Shown here one piece after another: positions 10,004 to 18,092 of a DNA stretch of 64,000 nt. Every line of letters begins with the position of its first letter. The stretch's first letter is position 1. The translations under genes were made by a program, and so were the position numbers. The notes beneath the pieces are model-generated. The model was given only the letters and a program-made list of their open reading frames with translations. It made no database searches and had not been told where the DNA came from. Source of the DNA: Humibacter sp. (GTDB lineage: Bacteria; Actinomycetota; Actinomycetes; Actinomycetales; Microbacteriaceae); contig NZ_JBQCIE010000092.1 in the NCBI RefSeq assembly GCF_051954055.1, positions 152,686-216,685 on the forward strand. Direction: 5' to 3'.

Positions 10004-10154
10004 GACTGAGGCGAGAGCCTTGCGAGCTTGCTCGCTAGGCCGAGCCGATGGAATCTGTTGAGCGGCGCGAACAGCGGCGACCGAGGCGAGAGCCGTGAGA
10101 GCTCGCTCTCACGGCCGAGCCGACCGAGCCGTTGAGCGGCGCAGCCGCGAACAG
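10004..10154. repeat. two tandem copies (~75-bp period) of a REP-like palindromic element
   Basis: Each copy is GAC[T/C]GAGGCGAGA + 11-bp-arm palindrome (10017-10040 gccttgcgagc-tt-gctcgctaggc; 10092-10115 gccgtgagagc-tc-gctctcacggc) + CGAGCCGA..GTTGAGCGGCGC. The pair lies in the divergent prfB / MFS intergenic region. Confidence 0.7.
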
Positions 10155-10197
10155 TAGTGCGGAGTGGTATACCACTGGCCGTAGGCTGGTAGCCGAC

Positions 10198-11487
10198 ATG
10201 ACCTCGAGCGACGCGAACTTCAGCATCCGCGATATCGCGCTCGCCGCATTCCTGCCAACGGCGCTGTTCTCGATCGGTGAGGGCGCGGTCATCCCGATCA
10301 TTCCGGTGCTCGCGCACAATCTGGGCGCCGGGCTCGCCCTGGCCGGCTTCATCGGCGGCATGATCATGGTCGGCGAGATGGTCGGCGACATCCCCAGCGG
10401 CTGGGTCGTCTCCCGATTCGGCGAGCGCCGTTCGATGATCGGTTCCGCACTGCTCTGCGTCGTCGGTCTCGTGATCTGCCTGCTCGCTCCTGGTGACCTG
10501 ATGCTGACCATCGGCGTCTTCCTGATCGGGCTCGCGACGAGCGTCTTCGCCCTTGCGCGGCACGCCTTCATGACCGGTTACGTGCCGCTTCGCTACCGCG
10601 CACGCGCGCTGTCGACACTGGGCGGGGTGTTCCGCGGCGGCTGGTTCATCGGACCGTTCATCAGCGCCGGCGTCATCGCCCTGTTCGGCAACCCGCACGC
10701 CGTGTTCTGGGTGCACATCGTGATGTGCCTGGCCTCGACGCTCGTACTGATCGTGGTTCCCGATCCCACCGAGAAGATCGTGGCCGCTCGACCGGTCTCC
10801 GCCGCGACCACCGGCGGAGTCGCCGTGCCCTCGGCAGAAGCGGAAGGCGTGCGGGATGCCGGCCGCGTCGAGGCGAAGGAGCGTACGGAGGGCCTCTTCC
10901 GCACCATCTGGACCAACCGTGCGGTTCTGCTGCGCATGGGAACGTGTGCCGCCCTCATCTCAGCGCTGCGGTCATCCCGCACCGTGATCCTGCCTCTGGC
11001 CGCAGTCGCAATCGGGTTGTCCGCAACGAACACCGCACTGATCATCGGCATCGCCGGCGCCGTCGACTTCGCGCTGTTCTACACGTCGGGACAGATCATG
11101 GACCGGTTCGGACGCCTGTGGTCCGCACTGCCGTCGATGCTCGGACTGAGCGTGACGCACATCGCACTCGCGTTCGTCACCGACCAGACGTGGTTCACGG
11201 TGGTGGCCATCGCGATGGCCGTCGTGAACGGCGTGGGCAGCGGCATCCTCATGACCCTCGGCGCGGATCTTGCGCCTCGGTCGGATCCTGCGCCGTTCCT
11301 CGGAGCGTGGCGCTTCACCAACGACGTCGGGCAGGCGGGAGCTCCGATGTTCGTCTCCGGCTTGACGGCGCTGTTCTCGCTCGCCGCGGCATCCGTGTCC
11401 ATGGGCGTTCTCGGGCTGATCGGCGCCTGGATGCTCGTTCGCTACGCACCGAGATACATCCCGCGGAAGCGCGCGGTCGCGAACTGA
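10198..11487 (+). CDS. MFS transporter
   Basis: 12-TM-like profile with an MFS motif-A-like GWVVSRFGERRSM. The start is set at ATG 10198, because the upstream part of the track ORF lies in the repeat region. Confidence 0.8.
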   Translation: MTSSDANFSIRDIALAAFLPTALFSIGEGAVIPIIPVLAHNLGAGLALAGFIGGMIMVGEMVGDIPSGWVVSRFGERRSMIGSALLCVVGLVICLLAPGDLMLTIGVFLIGLATSVFALARHAFMTGYVPLRYRARALSTLGGVFRGGWFIGPFISAGVIALFGNPHAVFWVHIVMCLASTLVLIVVPDPTEKIVAARPVSAATTGGVAVPSAEAEGVRDAGRVEAKERTEGLFRTIWTNRAVLLRMGTCAALISALRSSRTVILPLAAVAIGLSATNTALIIGIAGAVDFALFYTSGQIMDRFGRLWSALPSMLGLSVTHIALAFVTDQTWFTVVAIAMAVVNGVGSGILMTLGADLAPRSDPAPFLGAWRFTNDVGQAGAPMFVSGLTALFSLAAASVSMGVLGLIGAWMLVRYAPRYIPRKRAVAN

Positions 11488-11564
11488 TCAACTTCGGCCG
11501 CCGCGCCTTGTCGTGGTCGGAGCACGAGAGGATCCTGGAAGCGAGAGTGTGGATCTGACGGGAG

Positions 11565-12878
11565 GTGGCCCTCCTGCTTCGCGCATCGCGACTGAAGGCC
11601 GGTGCCTTCACCGTCGTGCTGTTGGGCGCGACGGCCGGTCTCGCGCTGACTCCCGCGGCCGCCGCATCCGCCGAACCGGCTCGCACGATAAGCGTGAACC
11701 CCGGAGGCGACGTGAACGCCGCGATCGCACGGGCACGCACCGGCGACACCGTCGCCCTGCGACCCGGAACCTACCGGGGAACAGTCCGAGTGGACAAGGC
11801 GATAACCCTTGCGGCCAACGAGGCGACGGTGGACGCGCCAGACGACGGCGCGGCGATCGCCGTCGCCGCCGACAACGTCACCATCGACTCGGTGGCCACC
11901 AGTTGTTCCCACGCCGCCGGGTCGCCGACGGGCATCGCCGTGACGGCTCAGCACGCACGCATCGTCGGCGCAGCTGTGCTGCAGTGCGCGACGGGCATCC
12001 GACTCGATGGCGCTCGCGACGCCTACCTTCAGGGCGACTCGCTGCTCGGCAGCCGGTCCGCGGGCGGCCACGGGGTGGGCGTGAGCGCGAGCGACGCCGA
12101 CGGGGTCACCATGCTGGGCAACACGTTCGAGGACGACGACACCGGCGTACTTGTTCGCGGTACTGCGACGCCGCTCCTCGACTCGAACACGTTCTCCCAG
12201 GTCGGAACGGCGGTCGAATTGGATGCCGTCAGCGAGGCGGTCGTCAACGGAACGCTCGTCGTCGGTGCGACCGGACCCGCGGTGCTCGTCACCGGCAGCC
12301 GCGGAGCCGAGATCGCACGACTGAATCCCGCGGGCAATGGAAACGGAGCGGGGCCGGCGATCGAGCTCTCCGCGGCGTCCGGCCCGTCGTTCGTGGTGGA
12401 CGTGGAGGACTCGAGCCTCGCGCACTTCGCCACCGGCCTGACGATCGACGCGGGATCGGTGACCGGCAGCGTGATCGTGATCGGCACGACGTTCGATGGG
12501 GTCGAGCGAGCCGCCATCGTCGTGGCGGCCGGCGCCGGCGGCACGGTCAACGCCACGATCGGCGACTACTTCGGCGGGTGCGGACCCCGCGCTCCCGATC
12601 ACGGCTACGACGGAGGCGGCGCCGTAGTGCTCGATCCAGAGCGCGCGGTCTCCTACAGCGAGAACAACTGCCGTGCTCCGGCATCGGCCGTGCCTGCGAC
12701 GTCGGGCGGGAACGCGAGTCCCCCGCCTGCGGCGAACAACGCCACGGGTGGATCGAGCGGCATCGACCTGCCGTCCGCGATCGGTTCGACTCTCGTCACG
12801 ATCGGCGTTTCCGTGCTGCTCGGGGTGTGTGCAGGGGGCGTGCTGTACGCGATCCGTCGCAACCGGCACGTTCACTGA
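11565..12878 (+). CDS. secreted right-handed beta-helix (NosD/pectin-lyase-fold-like) protein with C-terminal membrane anchor
   Basis: Signal peptide (AFTVVLLGATAGLALTPAAAASAE). Repeated G-x-G/N-containing beta-helix turns (GDTVALRPGTYRGTV, ADNVTIDS, GVTMLGNTFEDDDTGV). C-terminal TM helix plus basic tail (LVTIGVSVLLGVCAGGVLYAIRRNRHVH). Confidence 0.65.
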   Translation: MALLLRASRLKAGAFTVVLLGATAGLALTPAAAASAEPARTISVNPGGDVNAAIARARTGDTVALRPGTYRGTVRVDKAITLAANEATVDAPDDGAAIAVAADNVTIDSVATSCSHAAGSPTGIAVTAQHARIVGAAVLQCATGIRLDGARDAYLQGDSLLGSRSAGGHGVGVSASDADGVTMLGNTFEDDDTGVLVRGTATPLLDSNTFSQVGTAVELDAVSEAVVNGTLVVGATGPAVLVTGSRGAEIARLNPAGNGNGAGPAIELSAASGPSFVVDVEDSSLAHFATGLTIDAGSVTGSVIVIGTTFDGVERAAIVVAAGAGGTVNATIGDYFGGCGPRAPDHGYDGGGAVVLDPERAVSYSENNCRAPASAVPATSGGNASPPPAANNATGGSSGIDLPSAIGSTLVTIGVSVLLGVCAGGVLYAIRRNRHVH

Positions 12879-13020
12879 CGACTGAGGCGAGAGCAGAGCA
12901 CGCTCGCGTGCTCTGCCGAGGCGATGGAGTCAGTCGCAGCGCGCAGCGCGACTACTGACGACTGAGGTGAGAGCAGAGCGAGCTCGCTCGCTCTGCCGAG
13001 GCGATGGAGTCAGTCGCAGC
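12876..13020. repeat. two tandem copies (80-bp period) of the REP-like palindromic element
   Basis: Copy 1 is 12876-12940 and copy 2 is 12955-13020. They share ctgacgactgagg[c/t]gagagcagagc and a perfect 31-nt gctctgccgaggcgatggagtcagtcgcagc. The central palindromes are gcagagcacgc-tc-gcgtgctctgc (12893-12916) and gcagagcgagc-tc-gctcgctctgc (12973-12996). The pair lies between convergent 3' ends. Confidence 0.8.
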
Positions 13021-13066
13021 CCCAGCGCCACTATTGATGTGCCAGCGAGCGGGCACGATGGCGTGC

Positions 13067-13558
13067 TCACCAGAAAACGCTGCGTGCCGTCGACGTGACT
13101 TCGATGCGGATGCCGGCAGGCACAAGCACCGAGACCATGGGCGGGTGCCACACCGCGGACAACCTCACGACGGCGCTGCGGCCATCCGCACTGCCCGCCT
13201 GCTCGACCTCGAGCGCGTCGAAGCCGTCGGCGACAGCCGTCGACAGGAATTCCGTGACCGCCGCACGCACCGCAGGCGACTCCAGCGTCGGACGCGGATG
13301 CCCGTCGACGACAGCCACACTCTCGAGATCGTAGGACTCAGCGCCGGCGAGAGCCGCACCGTCCGCCACCGCGTACAGGCGCTCGCGTTCTAGGTACAGC
13401 GAGGTCACTGCAGAGACCAGAAGAACGAGAACGAGGCAGAGGAACGCGTAGAAGATCACGAGCGGCAGGATCGACCCGGTGTCATCGGCCAGTCCGCGTG
13501 CGATCGTCCCTGACCGAAGGTGCCTGGGGAATCGGGTTTCGCTTCGGGTCCCGTTCAC
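13067..13558 (-). CDS. TadG/TadE-like pseudopilin (Rv3654c-type)
   Basis: GTG 13558 overlaps the upstream stop (GTGA). N-terminus DDTGSILPLVIFYAFLCLVLVLLV resembles the TadE/G N-terminal motif plus TM helix. Last gene of the tad operon. Confidence 0.55.
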   Translation of the reverse strand: MNGTRSETRFPRHLRSGTIARGLADDTGSILPLVIFYAFLCLVLVLLVSAVTSLYLERERLYAVADGAALAGAESYDLESVAVVDGHPRPTLESPAVRAAVTEFLSTAVADGFDALEVEQAGSADGRSAVVRLSAVWHPPMVSVLVPAGIRIEVTSTARSVFW

Positions 13559-13989
13559 CCTGCACCCCACAGTCGCGACACCCGGTTCGTGCTGGTCGCC
13601 TGCACCGTCACAGACGCGTCGCGGCGCAGATCCAGCACATCCGGCACAAGCGGCAGCGGCGCACGCACCTGCACGGCGATCGTGACCGTTCCCAGCCGGG
13701 TGAGGCAGGCATCCGGACGTGGTGCGCAATGAACCTCGACCGTGGCCGCGTCGGCGGGCAGGCCGAAGTCGGCGAGCGCGAACGCGACGGCCGCGGACGA
13801 CTCGTCGGAGGCATCCGCTTCGCTCTGCGCTTGCACGAAGACCCGTGCCGCCTGACGTGCTGCGCCGGCGGCGGCGAGTTCGGCACCCTGGATGCTCGCC
13901 AAAGCGACAACGAGATACACGGTAGGGACGAGGAGGATGAGACCGGCGGTGACGAATTCGAGAGCCGCGGTACCGCGGTCGGATGCCAT
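13555..13989 (-). CDS. TadE-like pseudopilin
   Basis: MASDRGTAALEFVTAGLILLVPTV is a TadE-family N-terminal signature. An alternative start at 14049 would overlap the upstream gene by 26 nt. Confidence 0.65.
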   Translation of the reverse strand: MASDRGTAALEFVTAGLILLVPTVYLVVALASIQGAELAAAGAARQAARVFVQAQSEADASDESSAAVAFALADFGLPADAATVEVHCAPRPDACLTRLGTVTIAVQVRAPLPLVPDVLDLRRDASVTVQATSTNRVSRLWGAG

Positions 13990-14023
13990 CACACGGGCCA
14001 GACCGGTCCGCACCGCACGGTCC

Positions 14024-14410
14024 TCAGCGAAGTGATTCCACCGGCGCATGGCCGCTCACCTCCAGCGCTCGGCTAGGTCCCAGGAGGCCAGCCAGCGGAA
14101 GCGGCGCGCGAACAGTCACCACCACCGCACTCATGCCGCGATAGGTTCCGTAGGTGGCGGAAACGCCCTTCGCATAGCCGTCGCCAAGAGCCGAGCCGAT
14201 GAGCTCGCGCGTGCGCTGCTTGCCGTCGCCGAGCGTGTTGTCGGCCAGAGCGGCGACGTGTGCTCCTTCGGCCGCCGCGTCGATGAGCGTGTTGCGAACC
14301 AGCAGGGCGAGCCCGAGTTGCAGTACAGCGACCGTCAGAATCGTCAGCAAGGCTCCGACCATGACGAACTCCGCCGGAGCAGAACCTCGCTCCTGAAGCC
14401 ACTTCGACAT
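14024..14410 (-). CDS. TadE-like pseudopilin
   Basis: MSKWLQERGSAPAEFVMVGALLTILTVAVLQ is a TadE N-terminal signature. The gene starts 1 nt after the flp-like gene's stop. Confidence 0.75.
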   Translation of the reverse strand: MSKWLQERGSAPAEFVMVGALLTILTVAVLQLGLALLVRNTLIDAAAEGAHVAALADNTLGDGKQRTRELIGSALGDGYAKGVSATYGTYRGMSAVVVTVRAPLPLAGLLGPSRALEVSGHAPVESLR

Positions 14411-14411
14411 G

Positions 14412-14615
14412 TCAGAACGACGTGACGCGTTCGATCGCCTGCTGAAACACCCCGCTCAGGGCTGGGCCGGCCAGGCCCCAGATGATGATCACGAGCCCTG
14501 CGGTCATCAGCGTAATGAGTACCCAGCCCGGCACATCGCCACGTTCGTCCTCCACGAGCGATGCAGCGCGTGCTCTCCGCCGCCACGGCGCATCCCACCA
14601 GTCTGTTCTTCTCAT
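14412..14615 (-). CDS. Flp-like pilin (DUF4244 / Rv3656c-type)
   Basis: 67 aa from ATG 14615. Charged leader, then a single hydrophobic helix GWVLITLMTAGLVIIIWGLAG. It sits between tadC and the TadE genes, as in other actinobacterial tad loci. Confidence 0.6.
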   Translation of the reverse strand: MRRTDWWDAPWRRRARAASLVEDERGDVPGWVLITLMTAGLVIIIWGLAGPALSGVFQQAIERVTSF

Positions 14616-14690
14616 GAAGCGCGTCCTTCCTTCATCGCGTCTCTCGACGTCGTCCTGTTTCGTCCCATGCAGCACAGATCGCCGCCGGCA

Positions 14691-15629
14691 TCAGAAGCCC
14701 GTCTCCAGCACGACAATGCCGGGGTACACGGCGAACAACACGGTCACGGGGAGTATCAGGAACACGAGCGGAATGAGCATCCCGATCTCCTTCTTGCCCG
14801 CCTGTTCTAGGAGTCCCCGCTTCGCCGCCTCTCGCGCATCGGTCGCCTGTGCTCGCAGCACCTCGACGACAGGTGTGCCGCGCTCCAGAGCGGTGACGAC
14901 CGCGTCGACACAACGCGTGAACTGGGGCAGACGGATGTCTCGACTCGCCTGGCCGAGCGCCGTCGCCAGCGGCACGCCCATGCCCGTCTCCGCGACCACC
15001 CGACCCAGTTCAGCTGCCAGCTCTCCCGAGCCGCTGCGTGCGACTCGGCGCATCGCGTCGAGGATGCCTTCGCCCGCGCTCAGCGACAGCGTCAACAGTT
15101 CGAGAACGGTCGGGAACTCCTCCGCCATGCGGGTCAGGCGTCGCGCGACCCGCCTCGACAGCAGACGGTCCGGCAGGAGGAACCCGACGGCGGCCAGCAC
15201 AATCGGCAACGCGAGGAGCACGGCAGTAGGCAGCGGGCGCAGGGAACCGGCGACCGCCGCTAGCGCACCGCCTGCGGCGAGGCCACCGAGCGCCCACGCC
15301 ACCTGCCGGAGGCGGAACTCCTCCACCGTGAGCGGACTCGCACTCTGGCGAAGGCGGGCGGTGATGGCTTCGCTGCCGCCGAGCATCCTCGACGCCGCAT
15401 TGCGCAGAGCGGCGAGCGCGGGCGTGAGCACCGAGCCGATCACCGGAAGCGGCTGCACCGTGCTCCGTCCGGCATGGGCCCGCGCCGCCTCCGAGACGTC
15501 GACGAGATACGGCGCCACCCGATCCGCGAGCCGTGGCCTTCGCATCCGAGGCATCAGCGCGACCAGCGACCACATGCCGAGCCCGAGGCCGATGCCGCAG
15601 AGCACGCCCCATCCGAGTTCACTGGTCAT
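14691..15629 (-). CDS. tadC: type II secretion system F-family protein TadC
   Basis: ATGA overlap with the tadB stop at 15626-15629. T2SSF-type domain (EEFPTVLELLTLSLSAGEGILDAM) and a terminal TM pair. Confidence 0.8.
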   Translation of the reverse strand: MTSELGWGVLCGIGLGLGMWSLVALMPRMRRPRLADRVAPYLVDVSEAARAHAGRSTVQPLPVIGSVLTPALAALRNAASRMLGGSEAITARLRQSASPLTVEEFRLRQVAWALGGLAAGGALAAVAGSLRPLPTAVLLALPIVLAAVGFLLPDRLLSRRVARRLTRMAEEFPTVLELLTLSLSAGEGILDAMRRVARSGSGELAAELGRVVAETGMGVPLATALGQASRDIRLPQFTRCVDAVVTALERGTPVVEVLRAQATDAREAAKRGLLEQAGKKEIGMLIPLVFLILPVTVLFAVYPGIVVLETGF

Positions 15630-16489
15630 CGGAACCACCGGTGTTCCTCGGGAAGCCGCCCGATCGCCAGCATGACCCGGTACGCCACCAACGACACCAC
15701 GAGACCGACCACGATCACCACGGCGCCGAGTGGTGTGTTGTACGCGACAGACGCCTCCGGCCTCGTCGCCAGCAACGCGAGCACGAGCCACGGCGCAGCG
15801 ACACCGAGCCGAGCGGCACCCACCGTCCAGGACTGCCTCGCCTCGATCTCGGCTCGGACCGCCGCATCGTCGCGCAATGACGCGGCCAGAGCCTTCAGCA
15901 CGCCGACGAGCTCACCACCGCCGACCTCGCGCGCCATCTTCAGGGTTTCGATGATGCGATCGGCGACAGGATCGGCCAGAGCGGCCTTGAGCCGATCCGC
16001 TGCAGGCGCGAAGACGCCGCTCGACCGGTAATCGCGTTCGAACGCCGCGAACGCCGCGCGAGTGGACTCGGGCGCGGTGCGCGCGAGCGCGGCGACGCCG
16101 TCGGGGAGCGCGAGTCCCGAGCGCACAGCCGAGACGAGCTGGTCCACCACGTCCGGCCACATGGTCCGGTTCGCGCGCGAACGCGAGGCCGCGCGCCACG
16201 AGACGAGGCTCCACGGAAGCCACGCTCCGACCGCAGCCAGCCCGACGGACAGCGCAATGAGGCCGAACAGGGCTTGCGCGATCGCGAAGCACACGAGTGC
16301 GAGCAGCGCGCTGACCGCGACGAACGCGGACGGGGCGAGCCCAGGCATCCCCGCGAGCACGAGCTTGCGACGCAGGCCATCGGTACGCGGCGGCTTCCGC
16401 ACCCTCGCCCGCGGCGGCCACAGGAACGGTGAGGCGGCCAGCAACAACCCGACGCCGAGGGCACCGCCGAGAACGATTCCCGTGATCAT
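15626..16489 (-). CDS. tadB: type II secretion system F-family protein TadB
   Basis: ATGA overlap with the tadA stop at 16486-16489. Polytopic, with a T2SSF-type central cytoplasmic domain. The upstream part of the 504-aa track ORF is an artefact. Confidence 0.8.
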   Translation of the reverse strand: MITGIVLGGALGVGLLLAASPFLWPPRARVRKPPRTDGLRRKLVLAGMPGLAPSAFVAVSALLALVCFAIAQALFGLIALSVGLAAVGAWLPWSLVSWRAASRSRANRTMWPDVVDQLVSAVRSGLALPDGVAALARTAPESTRAAFAAFERDYRSSGVFAPAADRLKAALADPVADRIIETLKMAREVGGGELVGVLKALAASLRDDAAVRAEIEARQSWTVGAARLGVAAPWLVLALLATRPEASVAYNTPLGAVVIVVGLVVSLVAYRVMLAIGRLPEEHRWFR

Positions 16490-17709
16490 CGTGCGAGCAC
16501 CACAGCCGGGTCGAGCCCGGCTGCCTCGAACTTGGCCCGCTTGGCCGGGTAGCCGCCGGTGGCGACCAGCTCGCCGTTCCGGGTGGCGAACACCGGGCTC
16601 GCCTCGATCACCCCGCCGGTCACTCCGCCGGTCGGAGCGAGGATCTCGGTCACGCGCCGTCGCCCGTCGCGCTCCAGCGAGCAGAACACGACGATGTCGA
16701 CGCAGGACGCCACGGTCGGCACGACGAAGCCGGAATCGATGTTCCGACCGGCCAGCAGGGGCAGCGTGCAGAGCTTCGCCAGCGCCTCGCGCGCGCTGTT
16801 CGCATGGATCGAACACGCGCCGGGCAGTCCGGAGTTGAGTGCCAGGAGCAGATCGAGGCTCTCGGCTTCGCGTACTTCGCCTACCACCAACCTGTCTGGT
16901 CGCATGCGCAGTGCCTCCTTGATGAGGCGCCGCAGCGTGATCTCGCCGGTTCCTTCGAGGCTCGGCTGCCTGCACTGCATGCTCACCACGTCGGTTGCCG
17001 CGAGGTCGAGTTCGAAGGTCTCCTCGACCGTCACGATGCGCTCGCCTGGCCGGGCCGCTGCCAGGAGGGCGCCGAGCAGCGTGGTCTTGCCGCTCTGCGT
17101 GGCACCCGCGATGAGGATGTTCTGATCGGCGAGCACGCACATCCGCAGGAACTCAGCACCCTGCCTGGTGATCGAACCCAGCGCGACCAGGCGACCGAGA
17201 TCTCTGATGCGCTGCGAGAACTTGCGCACGTTGACGGCCCAGTGCGCCCGAGTGACGTCAGGGATCACCACGTGAAGGCGGGATCCGTCGGGCAGCGAGG
17301 CGTCGACGAACGGGGACGAAACATCCACTCGGCGACCGGATGCCTGCAGCATCCGCTCCACCAGGTCGCGCACGTGCGAGTCCGTGAGCGCGAGATCGAT
17401 CCGCTCTGAGCGGCCGTCGCGGGCGATGAAGACCCGATCGGGCGCGTTGATCCAGATCTCCTCGACGGTGGGATCGTCGAGATAGGGCTGCAGCGGCCCG
17501 AAACCGGTGAGCGAGGCGAGCACCTCCCGCTCAGTGCGCACCTCGTCGGCGACGAGCGGCAACGATCCACCGAGCGCGTGCTCCGAGTACTTGCGCACCT
17601 CGTCGCGCGCGTAGGCCATCGCTCGCGGGGCATCCGTCGTGAGATCGATGCCGTCGCGCCGCACCCGGTCTCGCACGCGGTCGGCGATGAGGCGCACGGG
17701 ATCGTTCAT
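16486..17709 (-). CDS. tadA: Tad/Flp pilus assembly ATPase (CpaF/TadA)
   Basis: 407 aa. Walker A GATQSGKTT. CpaF/VirB11 blocks EEIWINAPDRVF, GSRLHVVIP, VNVRKF, VGEVR. Confidence 0.92.
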   Translation of the reverse strand: MNDPVRLIADRVRDRVRRDGIDLTTDAPRAMAYARDEVRKYSEHALGGSLPLVADEVRTEREVLASLTGFGPLQPYLDDPTVEEIWINAPDRVFIARDGRSERIDLALTDSHVRDLVERMLQASGRRVDVSSPFVDASLPDGSRLHVVIPDVTRAHWAVNVRKFSQRIRDLGRLVALGSITRQGAEFLRMCVLADQNILIAGATQSGKTTLLGALLAAARPGERIVTVEETFELDLAATDVVSMQCRQPSLEGTGEITLRRLIKEALRMRPDRLVVGEVREAESLDLLLALNSGLPGACSIHANSAREALAKLCTLPLLAGRNIDSGFVVPTVASCVDIVVFCSLERDGRRRVTEILAPTGGVTGGVIEASPVFATRNGELVATGGYPAKRAKFEAAGLDPAVVLAR

Positions 17710-17833
17710 GCGGTCATGATGCCGTCAGCGCCGGTCGCCTCGCCGAAGTTATCCCCAGGCGCCGACGCGGCAAACGGAATTCGTGGATGCTCGAGTGCGG
17801 GAACCGGCTGCGGCTATGCTGATGGGCGCCCTC

Positions 17834-17916
17834 GCGGGAGTGGTGAAATTTGGCAGACACGCAGGATTTAGGTTCCTGTGCTTTCGAGCGTGGGGGTTCA
17901 AGTCCCCTCTCCCGCA
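17834..17916 (+). tRNA. tRNA-Leu (anticodon UAG), class II
   Basis: Acceptor GCGGGAG...CTCCCGC-A, anticodon arm CAGGA-TTTAGGT-TCCTG, long variable arm, T-arm GGGGG-TTCAAGT-CCCCT. CCA is not encoded. Confidence 0.9.
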
Positions 17917-18092
17917 CGGAGGGTTGAGTAGCAACCACCCCTCGATTCGTGGGGCTAACACCCGGTTTCACTCGACCTCTCGTCGGTAGACTCACTGCAA
18001 ACGCGTATTCGACGCACTGCTCACCGTCACATCCCTCAGCTCATCGCCGGCGGCCGTCGCCGCGTACAGCGGGCGCCGACGACAGGAGACTC

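Noticed and set aside
12755-12878. LPSAIG followed by a TM helix and basic tail, considered as a sortase (LPXTG) sorting signal on the beta-helix protein.
   Set aside because: The motif does not fit LPXTG (Ile at the Thr position, and the spacing is off), and no sortase gene is nearby. It is treated as a plain C-terminal membrane anchor.
17710-18092. tRNA-Leu beside the tad operon as a genomic-island integration site.
   Set aside because: I found no duplicate of the tRNA-Leu 3' end, no integrase and no compositional break. The tad genes have the same GC and codon style as their neighbours.
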